Shown here: positions 8,550 to 16,438 of the stretch, piece after piece
Position numbering within the stretch: position 1 is the stretch's first letter
How the letters are laid out: each line of letters opens with the position of its first letter
NCBI GenBank assembly: GCA_964627215.1
Contig: CAZVIZ010000001.1
Location: 6,635 to 70,634 of the forward strand
Length of the DNA: 64,000 nucleotides
Reading direction: 5' to 3'
Origin: an uncultured Dehalococcoidales bacterium
GTDB taxonomy: Bacteria; Chloroflexota; Dehalococcoidia; Dehalococcoidales; E44-bin46
Notes under the pieces: model-generated
The model's database searches: none
What the model saw: only the letters and a program-made list of their open reading frames with translations
What the model was told of the DNA's origin: nothing
Program-made: the position numbers and the translations under genes

Positions 8550-9156
8550 TTTCCTCCACCCTTCTTGCCGAGAATCTTATCTTAGCCCCGTCGGGGCAGG
8601 TGATGCGGTCGTTGCTGATACCGTCCTTGGAGAAGGGGAAGACGGCCCCGAAGTTCAGGGCGAACAGCACCGGGAAGATGGCGTTGTAGGCCGCCCCGCA
8701 GAAGCCGCCGGGCAGCTTCAAGCCCGTGAAGGTGAATTTATCCCCCGGTTTGTAGCCGAAGACGCAGTGGCCGATAACCTCCTCCACGCCTATCTCCAGT
8801 TTCTTAGGGCTGGGCTTGTAGTCCTTGGGTTTGGGTTTGAACTCCACCTCCCCCGATGGTGTCAGCACCTCGGTGAGGAACTCCACCCCGCCAGCGTCGG
8901 GGCAGAAGGTGCGCATGGAGCGGGTATTTTCGTTGAAGGGGAACTCCGCCCCGAAGGAGAGCGCGTATAAGACTGGGAAAAGCACCGTGCTAGCCCCCTG
9001 ACAGAAGTTCTCAGGGACGTGGGTGAAGTCCTTTAGTATGAACTGGTCACCCTCTTTGTAGCCCCGATAGCACCTCCCCGCCAACTTGGCCACGGTTACC
9101 CTCAAGGGTACATCGTGGCTGTCGTTGCTCATTGTCTTTTCGGAATCCTTTGCCAT
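8539..9156 (-). CDS. Tandem TIGR04076-like domain protein
   Basis: Two internal repeats of the form G.C..GYK.GD.F...P..FC..A...FP.L.AL.FG..FPF...CPD. Confidence 0.75.
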   Translation of the reverse strand: MAKDSEKTMSNDSHDVPLRVTVAKLAGRCYRGYKEGDQFILKDFTHVPENFCQGASTVLFPVLYALSFGAEFPFNENTRSMRTFCPDAGGVEFLTEVLTPSGEVEFKPKPKDYKPSPKKLEIGVEEVIGHCVFGYKPGDKFTFTGLKLPGGFCGAAYNAIFPVLFALNFGAVFPFSKDGISNDRITCPDGAKIRFSARRVEENEK

Positions 9157-9159
9157 TGG

Positions 9160-10158
9160 TTAACCCCCAACCTCGCTTATAATCTCTTGTGGGGAGAGAA
9201 ATCCCCCTCCCTGCTCCACCTTGTGCACCATCTCCACCAGCCTGCGGTTCAATGGCGCCGGTGTGCCTATCTCATCACCTAAACGGACTACCTCCCCGTT
9301 GAAGTAGTCTATCTCCGATGGTTTGCCTCGCTTTATACTCTGCAGTATGGAGCCGTATAGCGGCTCTCGGCTTAAATTAGTCATCATTTGGGAGAATATA
9401 CGGCTCGCTTCCTCTAGGGGCATCTCCGTAAGCCCCTTAATCCTCTCCTTTGGAAAATCGGGCAAAGACGTTAATTTTATACCTGCTTGGCCTACAACTG
9501 TCAATGCCTCTCCCAGAAGTCTTATGCTTATGCGGCACAGATCCACGCTTGCGAAGGTCTCCTGCATGCTGAGTCCTGTAAGAGCCGGCAGGCAGTTATT
9601 CATGTTGAGGAACAACTTCAGCCATTTCATTCCCATTATGTTGGGGGTGGGGTGGACGGTGAAAGCCGTGCTCAGCACGGCGGCGGCGGATTTAAGCCCA
9701 TCGTCCTCGGGGGCGAAGGCCCTGCCCAGCGCCCAGCCGCCCTCGAAGTTGTGCACCACGCAGCCCGGTTCTAAGTAAGTGGAGCCGAACAGCACCACGC
9801 TTGATATTATTCTGCCCCGGTCTATGATCCCCGCCAGCATCTCCTCCGCTCGTACCCCGTTTTGCACAGTGAGCACGTAGGGGTCCTTAAGCGCTGGCAG
9901 GTTTAGCTCCACGGCGGGGGTGATGTCCTGCGTCTTCACCGAGAGCACCACCAGGTCTGCGCCCGGCTCAAGTTTTTCCACAGCGTTTACCTTAACCGTT
10001 TTCTCGCCCCGCACCCCGCTTATTTTGAGGCCGTTCGCCTTTATGGCGGCGATGTCCTTCTCCCTTGCCGCCAGCGCCACGTCCACGCCCTTATCGGCAA
10101 GGTATGCGGCCACCAGGCCGCCTATGGCCCCTGCTCCTATAACTGCTACGCGGTTTAT
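9160..10158 (-). CDS. Ketopantoate reductase (ApbA/PanE) family protein with probable ATA start
   Basis: VKTQD, QNGV, KWLKLFLN, SILQSI and SEIDYFNGEVV motifs. The Rossmann motif RVAVIGAGAIGG lies upstream of the track's GTG 10113, in frame with ATA 10158. Confidence 0.85.
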   Translation of the reverse strand: MNRVAVIGAGAIGGLVAAYLADKGVDVALAAREKDIAAIKANGLKISGVRGEKTVKVNAVEKLEPGADLVVLSVKTQDITPAVELNLPALKDPYVLTVQNGVRAEEMLAGIIDRGRIISSVVLFGSTYLEPGCVVHNFEGGWALGRAFAPEDDGLKSAAAVLSTAFTVHPTPNIMGMKWLKLFLNMNNCLPALTGLSMQETFASVDLCRISIRLLGEALTVVGQAGIKLTSLPDFPKERIKGLTEMPLEEASRIFSQMMTNLSREPLYGSILQSIKRGKPSEIDYFNGEVVRLGDEIGTPAPLNRRLVEMVHKVEQGGGFLSPQEIISEVGG

Positions 10159-12026
10159 TTGGTCAACCCCAGGCTGGCGATAGTCTCGTCGGTCGGCCTG
10201 CCCTGGCTGTCCCAGCCATGTAAATCGTAATATTCGTCCAGCATGCCCTCAAAGCTGTCTCGGTCCAGCATTGTCCTGGCTTGGTCGGGCTTGAGCCCTT
10301 CCTTCCACACAAAAGGCTCGAAGTAGCGCTGTGGAGGCAGGTCGTCCTTGCGGGTGATGCCCTCCCTGGTCAGGAACATTCGTTCCAGGGTTGTTATCCT
10401 CCGCCCCACGTCAAACACCTCGTCGGGGGTTATCTCTATTCCGGTGGTAGAGGCTATTAGCTTGGAGAAAAAGGCGTAATCGAATACCCCCGGCTGGCAG
10501 GCCAGGGCTATTTGCTTGCATGTACCCAGTGCGTCGAACAGGGAGAGGTATATCTCGCGCCACCAGATCACCCTGCCCTTGCCCGTGTAGCTCTTGGGGT
10601 CGGAGGCGACCCTCCCGCCGTATAGAGCGGTCAGCTCTTCCTCGGGGAGGTTGAATGCCTCCCAGGTGGGTCTGGCGCGGAGGTGGTCCGAACCCCTGGA
10701 GGCTACGGCGTTGCCCAGGGCATAGGCGGGGAAGTAGCGCAGGTCCACCGGGTCCGACTGGGGGAGGTATTTGGTCCACATCATGCGCTTGGCCGTCTCC
10801 TGTCCCAGCGTTTCCACCGCCTCTTTGGCGCCGTCGGCCAGAATGCTGCCGAAGCCGTGGCGGTGGGCGATGTGGTGTATAAGCTCTATTACGGTTTCCC
10901 CATCCCCCCACTTAAGCTCCAGGCCGCCGGTTGTGTCGCGGTTTATTACGCCGTCCTGATACAGTTCTATAGCCCAGGCGATGATGTTGGCCGTAGAGCT
11001 GGCGTCTAATCCGTAGCGGTTCAATAGCTCGTTCATCTTTAATACGGGAGCCAGCTTGCCTATGCCCAGCATGGGCCCGAAGCTGGCGAAGGTGGTGTAT
11101 TCCGGCCCCTCGCTCTCTATTTTGTCCACCTTGTAACGGTGCTGGCAGCCTACGGGGCAGGAGAAGCAGCCTTCCCGTCCCTGATAGTACTTGTCCTTGA
11201 GTATCTGGGGAGAGACGTCCTCATTTTTGTTGAAGGCGGCGGAGAGGCCGTTATAGGCCCGTCCCATCTTTATGCGGCGGTTCACCAGCAGGTATAGGTA
11301 GGGGGATCCCAGGTCCTTGAGCATCTTTACCAAGCGTTCCTCGTTAAGCTTGGCCTGAAGACCCTTTATGAGGGCGCTGAAGGCCTTGGGGTCGTGGGGC
11401 TTTATGTCGGCGTCCCCCTCCACCACCACCGCCTTGAGCCGTTTGGAGCCCATAAGGCAGCCTAGGCCGGTGCGGGCGGCGGCGTTCTTCTTGCGGTTTA
11501 TTATGCAGGCGAATCTCACCAGGTTCTCGCCCGCCTGGCCTATTGATATCGCCTGGCTTTGTGGGCCGTGGCGCTCGTCCAGGGTGGCGTTGGTGTCCGT
11601 GGTTGAACCGCCCCACAGGTCGCTGGCGTCCTCTATGCTTATGCCGTCAGGGGTAACGTGTAGATAGACCGGTGTCTCAGCCTGGCCGGTTACTACCAGG
11701 TAGTCTATGCCGGTTCGCTTCATATGCGCCCCGAAATAGCCGCCGATGTTGGCGTCTCCCAGCAGCCCTGTCTCAGGAGATTTGGCCGAGATGTTGGCAC
11801 GCGCGGCGCTTATGCCCTTTAATCCGGTTAAAAGCCCGGGCCCGATGATGAGGGGATTAGCGGGGGATAGGGGGGTGGTTTGGGGGGTTACGTGGCGATA
11901 GAGGAGATACATATTCACGCCCCGACCGCCCAGGAGCTTTCTGGTTACCTCGTCGGGGACATTTTGAATGTCCGCCTGCCTTGTGGTCAGGTCTAGTCTA
12001 GCAACCCTTTGAGGGAGCATCGTCAT
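10155..12026 (-). CDS. Aldehyde:ferredoxin oxidoreductase (W/Mo-pterin WOR family)
   Basis: LGGRG, KSPETG, AARTGLGCLMGSKRLKA, CFSCPVGC and DALGTC 4Fe-4S ligands, RGSDH, YYDLHGWD..GRP. Confidence 0.93.
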   Translation of the reverse strand: MTMLPQRVARLDLTTRQADIQNVPDEVTRKLLGGRGVNMYLLYRHVTPQTTPLSPANPLIIGPGLLTGLKGISAARANISAKSPETGLLGDANIGGYFGAHMKRTGIDYLVVTGQAETPVYLHVTPDGISIEDASDLWGGSTTDTNATLDERHGPQSQAISIGQAGENLVRFACIINRKKNAAARTGLGCLMGSKRLKAVVVEGDADIKPHDPKAFSALIKGLQAKLNEERLVKMLKDLGSPYLYLLVNRRIKMGRAYNGLSAAFNKNEDVSPQILKDKYYQGREGCFSCPVGCQHRYKVDKIESEGPEYTTFASFGPMLGIGKLAPVLKMNELLNRYGLDASSTANIIAWAIELYQDGVINRDTTGGLELKWGDGETVIELIHHIAHRHGFGSILADGAKEAVETLGQETAKRMMWTKYLPQSDPVDLRYFPAYALGNAVASRGSDHLRARPTWEAFNLPEEELTALYGGRVASDPKSYTGKGRVIWWREIYLSLFDALGTCKQIALACQPGVFDYAFFSKLIASTTGIEITPDEVFDVGRRITTLERMFLTREGITRKDDLPPQRYFEPFVWKEGLKPDQARTMLDRDSFEGMLDEYYDLHGWDSQGRPTDETIASLGLTK

Positions 12027-12042
12027 CTCTATAGACCGTGGA

Positions 12043-12226
12043 TATCCCTAATCCGTGCCAGTGGATGGAGGATAGCCTTTTAAACCTGGGACGATTCAAT
12101 CACAGCACAATACCCTATGCCGAAATCCGGGAAACTAGAGAGCAGGCTTGTTGCAACCCATATAACCTGCGCTCCGAATATCGCGACTTCGGTCAACCAT
12201 TGGTCTTACCGAAAGTAAATCCCAGG
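12043..12226 (-). ncRNA. Candidate structured cis-regulatory leader of the AOR/PKS operon
   Basis: Closing stem 12220-12226/12085-12091 encloses four hairpins, and a further hairpin lies at 12043-12074; family not recognised. Confidence 0.5.
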
Positions 12227-12234
12227 GTGGTTGG

Positions 12235-12263
12235 AGTATAACCGCCGTGGTGGTTTTTGTCAA
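12235..12263 (-). promoter_or_regulatory. Sigma70-type promoter of the AOR/PKS operon
   Basis: TTGACA-N17-TATACT on the minus strand. Confidence 0.8.
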
Positions 12264-12280
12264 CCTGTGGGTCAGATGTA

Positions 12281-12913
12281 TTACAAGTCGCCGAAGACGT
12301 TGGGGGCCAGCCTTGCCATGATGCGGCGTATCTCCTCGGCCAGGGCCCTTATCTCAGGCAGCGCCCGCCTGCCTGCGCGCAGCTTGATGAAGTGCCTTAT
12401 CTCCCGGAAGTTCATCGTCATCACCACCTGCGTCTCGCAGGAGCCAGGCAGCACGTAGCGGGCTATCTCCGCCTTTACGCCCATATCTAAAAGCTTCTTG
12501 TAGGCCTCCCAGGCGTCATCCATGGCCTTGCGATAAGCCTTTAGGCCGTCTTGGCCCGCCCTCTCCTCCACCTCCGGCGGCAGGATATACCTTGGTTCCG
12601 TCTCCTTGCAGTAGCGCTGACTGCGCTGGCTGTAGCTGGCCAGGCGGTGGCGCACCAGCTCGTGGGTCAGCACGCGGCTGGCCCTGATGTAGAAGCTGGC
12701 TGAGGCGTGCTCTATGATGGACTCGTGGCCCACTTCTATCCACTCGGCTATGCGGTGCGGTATGGTGCCCATCTTGTCTGTGGAGTCCCAGCACAGCCTG
12801 CCGGCGTATTCTATCAGCTGTTCGGAGGGGGCGGTCTGGGGGGCGCCGCCCAGCTCCTGGGGGAGGCCGGTTACGGCCAGCAGCTTGACCTCTATATCGT
12901 AGCCTTCACTCAT
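12281..12913 (-). CDS. thyX: FAD-dependent thymidylate synthase
   Basis: GHESIIEH, HELVRHRLASYSQRSQRY and ARYVLP motifs. Confidence 0.96.
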   Translation of the reverse strand: MSEGYDIEVKLLAVTGLPQELGGAPQTAPSEQLIEYAGRLCWDSTDKMGTIPHRIAEWIEVGHESIIEHASASFYIRASRVLTHELVRHRLASYSQRSQRYCKETEPRYILPPEVEERAGQDGLKAYRKAMDDAWEAYKKLLDMGVKAEIARYVLPGSCETQVVMTMNFREIRHFIKLRAGRRALPEIRALAEEIRRIMARLAPNVFGDL

Positions 12914-12945
12914 GTCCTCGGTTCCCCTCGCGCTGTTACATAAAG

Positions 12946-13019
12946 TACCCCTGGCGCGACTCGAACGCGCGACACGCGGTTTAGGAAACCGCTGCTCTAT
13001 CCAACTGAGCTACAGGGGC
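12946..13019 (-). tRNA. tRNA-Arg(CCT), CCA not encoded
   Basis: GCCCCTGTAGCTCAGTTGGATAGAGC..GCGGTTTCCTAAACCGC..GTTCGAGTC. Confidence 0.95.
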
Positions 13020-13031
13020 CCTCAAGCGGTT

Positions 13032-13107
13032 TGGTGGAGATAGGGGGATTCGAACCCCCGACCTCTGCGATGCGAACGCAGCGCTCTCCCAGCTGAGCTA
13101 TATCCCC
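13032..13107 (-). tRNA. tRNA-Ala(CGC)
   Basis: GGGGATATAGCTCAG..CTGCGTTCGCATCGCAG..CTCCACCA with the G3-U70 pair. Confidence 0.96.
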
Positions 13108-13231
13108 ACCCTAACAGGGGAGATTATAGCATATCCTACACCTTTTATTAAGCAATCCACACCTGGACAAGCTGGGCGAATTTGGGGTAATATGAGGCGA
13201 CTAATATAAATCTCGCAGGAGATATTTTAAA

Positions 13232-14566
13232 GTGGCTAAAACGGATCAGGCCAAAGAGAACGTCCTTAAGGCAGTAAGGGACAATGATGTAAAATTGATA
13301 AGCCTGTGGTTCACCGACATCTTGGGCTTCCTTAAGAGCCTTGCCATAACCCCCAGGGAGTTGGAGGGTGCTCTTAATCACGGGGCGGGTTTCGACGGCT
13401 CCTCCGTAGAGGGCTTCGCCCGCATAGATGAGAGCGATATGTTGGCTCTTCCCGACCCTGCCACCTTTCGCATTCTCCCCTGGAGCGAGGCCCACTGCCC
13501 GGTGGCGCGGATGTTTTGCGACATTATAAAGCCCGGCGGCCAGCCCTTTGAGGGCGACCCCCGCTACGTGCTCAAGCGCAACCTGGAGAGGGCTGCCAAG
13601 ATGGGCTATATGTGCAATATAGGCCCGGAGCTGGAATACTTCTACCTGGCCGGCCCCAACGACACCGAGGTGCTCGACGAGGGCGGCTATTTTGACCTCA
13701 CCCCGCCAGATATGGGCAGTGCCATGAGGATGGAGACGGTGCTCAATCTGGACGAGATGGGCATAGATGTCCAATACGTCCACCACGAGGTAGCCACGAG
13801 CCAGCACGAGCTGGACCTGTGCTACTGCGACGCTCTGACCATGGCGGACAACGTTATGACCTGTCGGCTGGTGGTTAAGGAGGTGGCGCTTAAAGAGGGC
13901 GTCTACGCTACGTTTATGCCCAAGCCCATATTCAATGTCAACGGCTCCGGCATGCATGTCCACCAGTCCCTGTTCAAGGGGGGTAGGAACGCCTTCTATG
14001 ATGCCAAGGACCCCTACTACCTCTCCAAGCTGGCGCGGCACTATACCGCTGGTCTCCTGGAGCACTCACCGGAGATAACGGCTGTTGTGTGTCAATGGGT
14101 TAATTCTTACAAGCGTATGGTCCCGGGCTACGAGGCGCCGGTGTACCTCTCCTGGGCGCGGAGGAATCGGTCCGATATGATACGAATCCCCGAGTATCAG
14201 GTGGGCAGAGAGAATGCTACCAGGGTGGAGTTCCGCGTGCCCGACCCGGCCTGCAACCCATACCTGGCCTTCAGCGTTATGCTGGCGGCGGGTCTGGACG
14301 GCATAGAGAACAAGACCAAGCTTTGTGCGCCTATTGAGGAGAACATCTTTGAGATGAGCGCCGAGGAGAGGGAAAAGAGGGATATCAAGCACCTCCCCAT
14401 GAATTTGTTTGAGGCCATAAGCGTGACGGAGAACAGCCCCCTGGTTAAGAAGGCCCTCGGCGACCACGTCTTCGAGAGCTTTATCCGCAATAAGAAGATA
14501 GAGTGGGAGCAGTATCGCATACAGGTTACCGAGTACGAGATAGACAAGTTCCTGCCTATCCTCTGA
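13232..14566 (+). CDS. glnA: Glutamine synthetase type I
   Basis: FDGSS, HHEVA, TFMPKP, NGSGMH, NSYKR, PGYEAP, EFRVPD. Confidence 0.97.
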   Translation: MAKTDQAKENVLKAVRDNDVKLISLWFTDILGFLKSLAITPRELEGALNHGAGFDGSSVEGFARIDESDMLALPDPATFRILPWSEAHCPVARMFCDIIKPGGQPFEGDPRYVLKRNLERAAKMGYMCNIGPELEYFYLAGPNDTEVLDEGGYFDLTPPDMGSAMRMETVLNLDEMGIDVQYVHHEVATSQHELDLCYCDALTMADNVMTCRLVVKEVALKEGVYATFMPKPIFNVNGSGMHVHQSLFKGGRNAFYDAKDPYYLSKLARHYTAGLLEHSPEITAVVCQWVNSYKRMVPGYEAPVYLSWARRNRSDMIRIPEYQVGRENATRVEFRVPDPACNPYLAFSVMLAAGLDGIENKTKLCAPIEENIFEMSAEEREKRDIKHLPMNLFEAISVTENSPLVKKALGDHVFESFIRNKKIEWEQYRIQVTEYEIDKFLPIL

Positions 14567-14593
14567 TATCCTGCTTGCAGGGTGCCGTAAACG

Positions 14594-16054
14594 GTGGATT
14601 TAGAAACTATCATCGGTTTAGAGGTTCATGCCCAACTGCTGACCAAGAGCAAGATGTTCTGTCGGTGCAGTGCCGCCTACGCCGATGACGACCCCAACAC
14701 CCATGTTTGCCCGGTGTGCCTGGGCATGCCAGGGGTGCTGCCGGTAATAAACCGGCGTGCCGTGGAGTTCACCATGATGACCGCCCTGGCGCTCCACAGC
14801 ACCATATCGGAGCACACCAAGTTTGACCGCAAGAATTACCCCTACCCTGACCTGATGAAGGGCTATCAGATATCGCAGTACGACAACCCCATCGGGCTGG
14901 GCGGATGGCTGGATATAGAGGTGGACGGCGAGAGGAGAAAGGCGGGCATCACCCGCGTACACCTGGAGGAGGACGTGGCCAAGCTGGTGCACTGCGGCGC
15001 TGGGGACGGCGGCAACTACAGCCTCGTGGACGTCAACCGCGCCGGCATGCCGCTTATGGAGGTGGTGGGAGAGCCGGACCTGCGCTCCCCGGAGGAGGCG
15101 CGTCAGTACCTCATAACCCTGCGCAGCATACTGCGCTATCTGGGGGTGTCCACCTGCAATATGGAGGAGGGCAGCTTTCGCTGCGATGCCAACATCAGTA
15201 TCAGGCCCAAGGGCGGCCCCACCTCGGACACCAAGGTAGAGGTGAAGAACATGAACAGCTTCAAGGCTGTCTACCGCGCCTTGGCCTATGAGGATAAACG
15301 GCAGCGTAAGCTTATGGCCGAGGGTGGCAGGCTGGTCCAGGAGACCAGGGGTTGGGTGGAGGCCGATGGCAAAACGGTTTCCCAGCGTAGCAAGGAATAT
15401 GCTCACGACTACCGCTACTTCCCCGAGCCTGATCTGCCCCCGCTTCATATCGGACGGGAATGGGTGGAGGAGGTGAGGGAGCGGCTTCCCGAGCTTCCCG
15501 ACGCCAAGCGCGACCGCTTCGTGGCGGAGTACGGCCTGTCCCTTTATGATGCCAATTTACTGGTCGGTTCCAAGGCCATGGCTGATTACTTTGAGTCCTG
15601 CGTGGCTACAAATATACCGCAGGATCAGCCGCAGCCTAAGCGGGCCAAGGCAGTGAGCAACTGGCTGTTGGGCGAGTTCAGCAGGTTGCTTAAGACTGCG
15701 GACATAGATATAGATGGCGCCAAGCTGAAGCCGGCCCAGCTCTGCGGCCTCATCGCTTTGGTGGAGGGTGGCGATTTAAGCGGCCCTAGCTCCAAGGAGG
15801 TGTTTGAGGAGATGTTCCGTACGGGCGCCGCCGCCGAGGATATTATAGAAAAGCGGGGGCTTAAGCAGATAAGCGACTCCGGAGCGTTGGAGGAGGAGGT
15901 GGAAAGGGTGCTGGGCGAGAACGCCGGGGCGGTGGCCGATTATAAGGCTGGCAAGGACACGGCGCTTAAGTTCCTCGTGGGTCAGGTCATGAGAGCCACC
16001 AAGGGACGAGCTAACCCCCAGGTGGTCACGGACATGCTAAAGAAAAAGCTTTAA
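14594..16054 (+). CDS. gatB: Asp/Glu-tRNA amidotransferase subunit B
   Basis: IGLEVH, FDRKNYPYPD, HLEED, EVKNMNS, YRYFPEPDL. Confidence 0.97.
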   Translation: MDLETIIGLEVHAQLLTKSKMFCRCSAAYADDDPNTHVCPVCLGMPGVLPVINRRAVEFTMMTALALHSTISEHTKFDRKNYPYPDLMKGYQISQYDNPIGLGGWLDIEVDGERRKAGITRVHLEEDVAKLVHCGAGDGGNYSLVDVNRAGMPLMEVVGEPDLRSPEEARQYLITLRSILRYLGVSTCNMEEGSFRCDANISIRPKGGPTSDTKVEVKNMNSFKAVYRALAYEDKRQRKLMAEGGRLVQETRGWVEADGKTVSQRSKEYAHDYRYFPEPDLPPLHIGREWVEEVRERLPELPDAKRDRFVAEYGLSLYDANLLVGSKAMADYFESCVATNIPQDQPQPKRAKAVSNWLLGEFSRLLKTADIDIDGAKLKPAQLCGLIALVEGGDLSGPSSKEVFEEMFRTGAAAEDIIEKRGLKQISDSGALEEEVERVLGENAGAVADYKAGKDTALKFLVGQVMRATKGRANPQVVTDMLKKKL

Positions 16055-16065
16055 GGAAATATAAT

Positions 16066-16287
16066 ATGCAGACCTATCTTAGCATCGCGCAGATCATTAT
16101 CTCAGCCTCTCTTATAATCCTCGTTCTGTTTCAGGTAAAGGGTGGGGGCTTGGGTGGCATATTCGGCCAGCAGAGCACGGTGTATCGCACCAGGCGGGGT
16201 ATGGAGAAGATACTGTTCAACCTTACCGTTGCCTTAGTGTGCGTGTTTCTGGTCATATCGGTGCTTTCGCTCAGAATCAGCCTGTAA
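16066..16287 (+). CDS. secG: Preprotein translocase SecG
   Basis: Two transmembrane segments flanking QVKGGGLGGIFG...RRGMEK. Confidence 0.9.
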   Translation: MQTYLSIAQIIISASLIILVLFQVKGGGLGGIFGQQSTVYRTRRGMEKILFNLTVALVCVFLVISVLSLRISL

Positions 16288-16322
16288 GTGGTGGGGGGTG
16301 GGGTGCCCCCCGTGGCCCGAGG

Positions 16323-16352
16323 TTGATTTTATACGCTTGTTTGTGCTATAGT
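16323..16352 (+). promoter_or_regulatory. Promoter of the nusA-infB operon
   Basis: TTGATT-N18-TATAGT with TGn extended -10. Confidence 0.55.
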
Positions 16353-16379
16353 GCAAAAAAGGGGAAGACATGTGCTGTG

Positions 16380-16404
16380 AAGTGGGTTTGAAACCCGCTT
16401 TTTT
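16380..16404 (+). terminator. rimP-leader-type attenuator hairpin
   Basis: AAGTGGGTTTGAAACCCGCTTTTTT upstream of nusA, resembling the GGG..CCC terminator leader known from rimP-nusA-infB operons. Confidence 0.7.
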
Positions 16405-16438
16405 GTTGTAAGAAGTAAGTCGGAGGTGTGGGATTAGG

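Noticed and set aside
12085-12226. Moco or lysine riboswitch upstream of AOR
   Set aside because: It lacks CUCCGAG/GCCUCC (Moco) and AGAGG/loop-E (lysine) consensus; kept as an unknown structure.
2894-13019. PKS operon as an integrated mobile island between tRNA clusters
   Set aside because: No integrase, transposase or duplicated tRNA 3' end was seen, and the ATA-rich codon style matches the core genes.
13148-15448. Long antisense ORFs opposite glnA and gatB (similar ones opposite nusA, infB and copA)
   Set aside because: Expected shadow frames from high third-position GC; no recognisable motifs.
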